64,000 nucleotides of DNA from Euglena gracilis (lineage: Eukaryota). Numbering within the stretch: the first letter of the stretch is position 1; each line of letters begins with the position of its first letter. The notes below the pieces were generated by a model. That model was not told the origin of the DNA and made no database searches. It saw only the letters and a list, made by a program, of their open reading frames with translations. Positions 61,940 to 64,000 of the stretch are shown here, piece by piece. Made by a program: the position numbers and the translations under genes. Location of the stretch: the NCBI GenBank assembly GCA_039621445.1, contig CP154954.1:39827816-39891815 (forward strand). Direction: 5' to 3'.

Positions 61940-64000
61940 ATTAGGCAGTTTTTTCAGTATTATTCGGGGAGGCTCGCGGGGGTGGGGGGGGGGGCGGGAT
62001 TTTTTGGGGCCAGATTGCCTCAATGCCAGGAAATTCGGGGGTGCCAAAAAGTGCGACCAGCCCCCGGGACCAGGTCGGCTGGGTTCCCCGCCCCCCCAAA
62101 ACCCCACTGCCACCGGAACCACTGCTGGTAAAACACCCCGCAATAGCGAAATTTGGGCAATTTTTTCAGTACAATTCGGGGCGGCTGGTGGGGGTGGGGG
62201 GGGGGGCGGGATTTTTTGGGGCCAGATTGCCTCAATGCCAGGAAATTGGGGGGTGCCAAAAAGTGCGACCAGCCCCCGGGACCAGGTCAGTCGGCTGGGT
62301 TCCCCGCCCCCAAAAACCCTCTTGCCACCGGATCCACTGCTGGTGAAACACCCCGCAATAGCGAAATTTTGGCAATTTTTTCAGTATAATTCGGGGCGGC
62401 TGGTGGGGGGGGGGGCGGGATTTTTTGGGGCCAGATTGCCTCAATGCCAGGAAATTGGGGGGTGCCAAAAAGTGCGACCAGCCCCCGGGACCAGGTCGGC
62501 TGGGTTCCCCGCCCCCAAAAACCCCACTGCCATTGGAACCACTGCTGGTAAAGCACCCCGCAATAGCGAAATTTTGGCAATTTTTTCAGTATAATTCGGG
62601 GCGGCTGGTGGGGGTGGGGGGGGGGCGGGATTTTGGGGGGCCAGATTGCCTCAATGCCAGGAAATTCGGGGGAGCCAAAAAGTGCGACCAGCCCCCGGGA
62701 CCAGGTCGGCTGGGTTCCCCGCCCCCAAAAACCCTCTTGCCACCGGATCCACTGCTGGTAAAACACCCCGCAATAGCGAAATTTTGGCAATTTTTTCAGT
62801 ATAATTCGGGGCGGCTCGCGGGGGTGGGGGGGGGGCGGGATTTTTTGGGGCCAGATTGCCTCAATGCCAGGAAATTCGGGGGTGCCAAAAAGTGCGACCA
62901 GCCCCCGGGACCAGGTCGGCTGGGTTCCCCGCCCCCCAAAAACCCTCTTGCCACCGGAACCACTGCTGGTAAAACACCCCGCAATAGCGAAATTTTGGCA
63001 ATTTTTTCAGTTCAATTCGGGGCGGCTGGTGGGGGTGGGGTGGGGGGGGGGGCGGGATTTTTTGGGGCCAGATTGCCTCAATGCCAGGAAATTGGGGGGT
63101 GCCAAAAAGTGCGGCCAGCCCCCGGGACCAGGTCAGTCGGCTGGGTTCCCCGCCCTCTTGCACCGGATCCACTGCTGGTAAAACACCCCGCAATAGCGAA
63201 ATTTTGGCAATTTTTTCAGTATTATTCGGGGCGGCTGGTGGGGGTGGGGGGGGGCGGGATTTTTTGGGGCCAGATTGCCTCAATGCCAGGAAATTCGGGG
63301 GTGCCAAAAAGTGCGACCAGCCCCCGGGACCAGGTCGGCTGGGTTCCCCGCCCCCCAAAAACCCCACTGCCACCGGAACCACTGCTGGTAAAACACCCCG
63401 CAATAGCGAAATTTTGGCAATTTTTTCAGTATTATTCGGGGCGGCTGGTGGGGGTGGGGGGCGGGCGGGATTTTTTGGGGCCAGATTGCCTCAATGCCAG
63501 GAAATGGGGGGTGCCAAAAAGTGCGACCAGCCCCCGGGACCAGGTCGGCTGGGTTCCCCGCCCCCAAAAACCCCACTGCCACCGGAACCACTGCTGGTAA
63601 AACACCCCGCAATAGCGAAATTTTGGCAATTTTTTTCAGTACAATTCGGGGCGGCTGGTGGGGGTGGGGGGGGGCGGGATTTTTGGGGTCCAGATTGCCT
63701 CAATGCCAGGAAATTCGGGGGTGCCAAAAAGTGCGACCAGCCCCCGGGACCAGGTCGGCTGGGTTCCCCGCCCCCAAAAACCCCACTGCCACCGGAACCA
63801 CTGCTGGTAAAACACCCCGCAATAGCGAAATTTTGGCAATTTTTTTCAGTACAATTCAGGGCGGCTGGTGGGGGTGGGGGGGGGGCGGGATTTTTTGGGG
63901 CCAGATTGCCTCAATGCCAGGAAATTGGGGGGTGCCAAAAAGTGCGACCAGCCCCCGGAACCAGGTCGGCTGGGTTCCCCGCCCCCAAAAACCCCACTGC
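61940..64000. repeat. ~210-bp tandem repeat, about 10 copies, running off the window
   Basis: CCAGATTGCCTCAATGCCAGGAAAT recurs at about 62010, 62222, 62431, 62641, 62851, 63068, 63270, 63481, 63690 and 63901. Confidence 0.96.

Noticed and set aside
62004-63839. ORFs up to 391 aa in the 210-bp repeat
   Set aside because: Translations of a tandem repeat with frames that depend on G-run lengths.

Overview
Gene-poor, repeat-saturated eukaryotic DNA that looks like heterochromatin; the long homopolymers probably contain consensus errors. No intact host protein gene is evident. In order along the window: (1) 1-4480 is a broken, inversion-scrambled Ty3/gypsy-type retrotransposon (RT, RNase H, integrase, chromodomain). 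Its inverted left part carries a CCHC gag followed directly by a Dam-like N6-adenine methyltransferase. (2) 5065-6876 is a compound (AGAAG)n/(ATAAT)n microsatellite. (3) 7.2-20.5 kb is a DIRS1-like tyrosine-recombinase retrotransposon complex, with inverted LTRs, an ICR, RT-RH-MT-YR, a triplicated 2.41-kb 3' half and rearranged flanking modules. (4) A 78-bp satellite spans 21.2-42.7 kb, with three smaller blocks out to 50 kb. It is interrupted by a foldback element, a solo LTR and a 3.6-kb cluster at one TA site. That cluster consists of two TIR elements, each followed by its own ~105-bp hairpin. (5) 50-56 kb holds nested MITEs, a tRNA-like sequence and a region almost free of TpA. (6) ~510-bp dimeric and ~210-bp tandem repeats fill the end of the window. 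The strongest candidates for new biology are the gag-adjacent adenine MTase in an LTR element, the TIR-body plus cognate-hairpin TA-targeting elements, and an apparent TpA->TpG/CpA erosion process in old repeats. All counts and alignments were done by eye.
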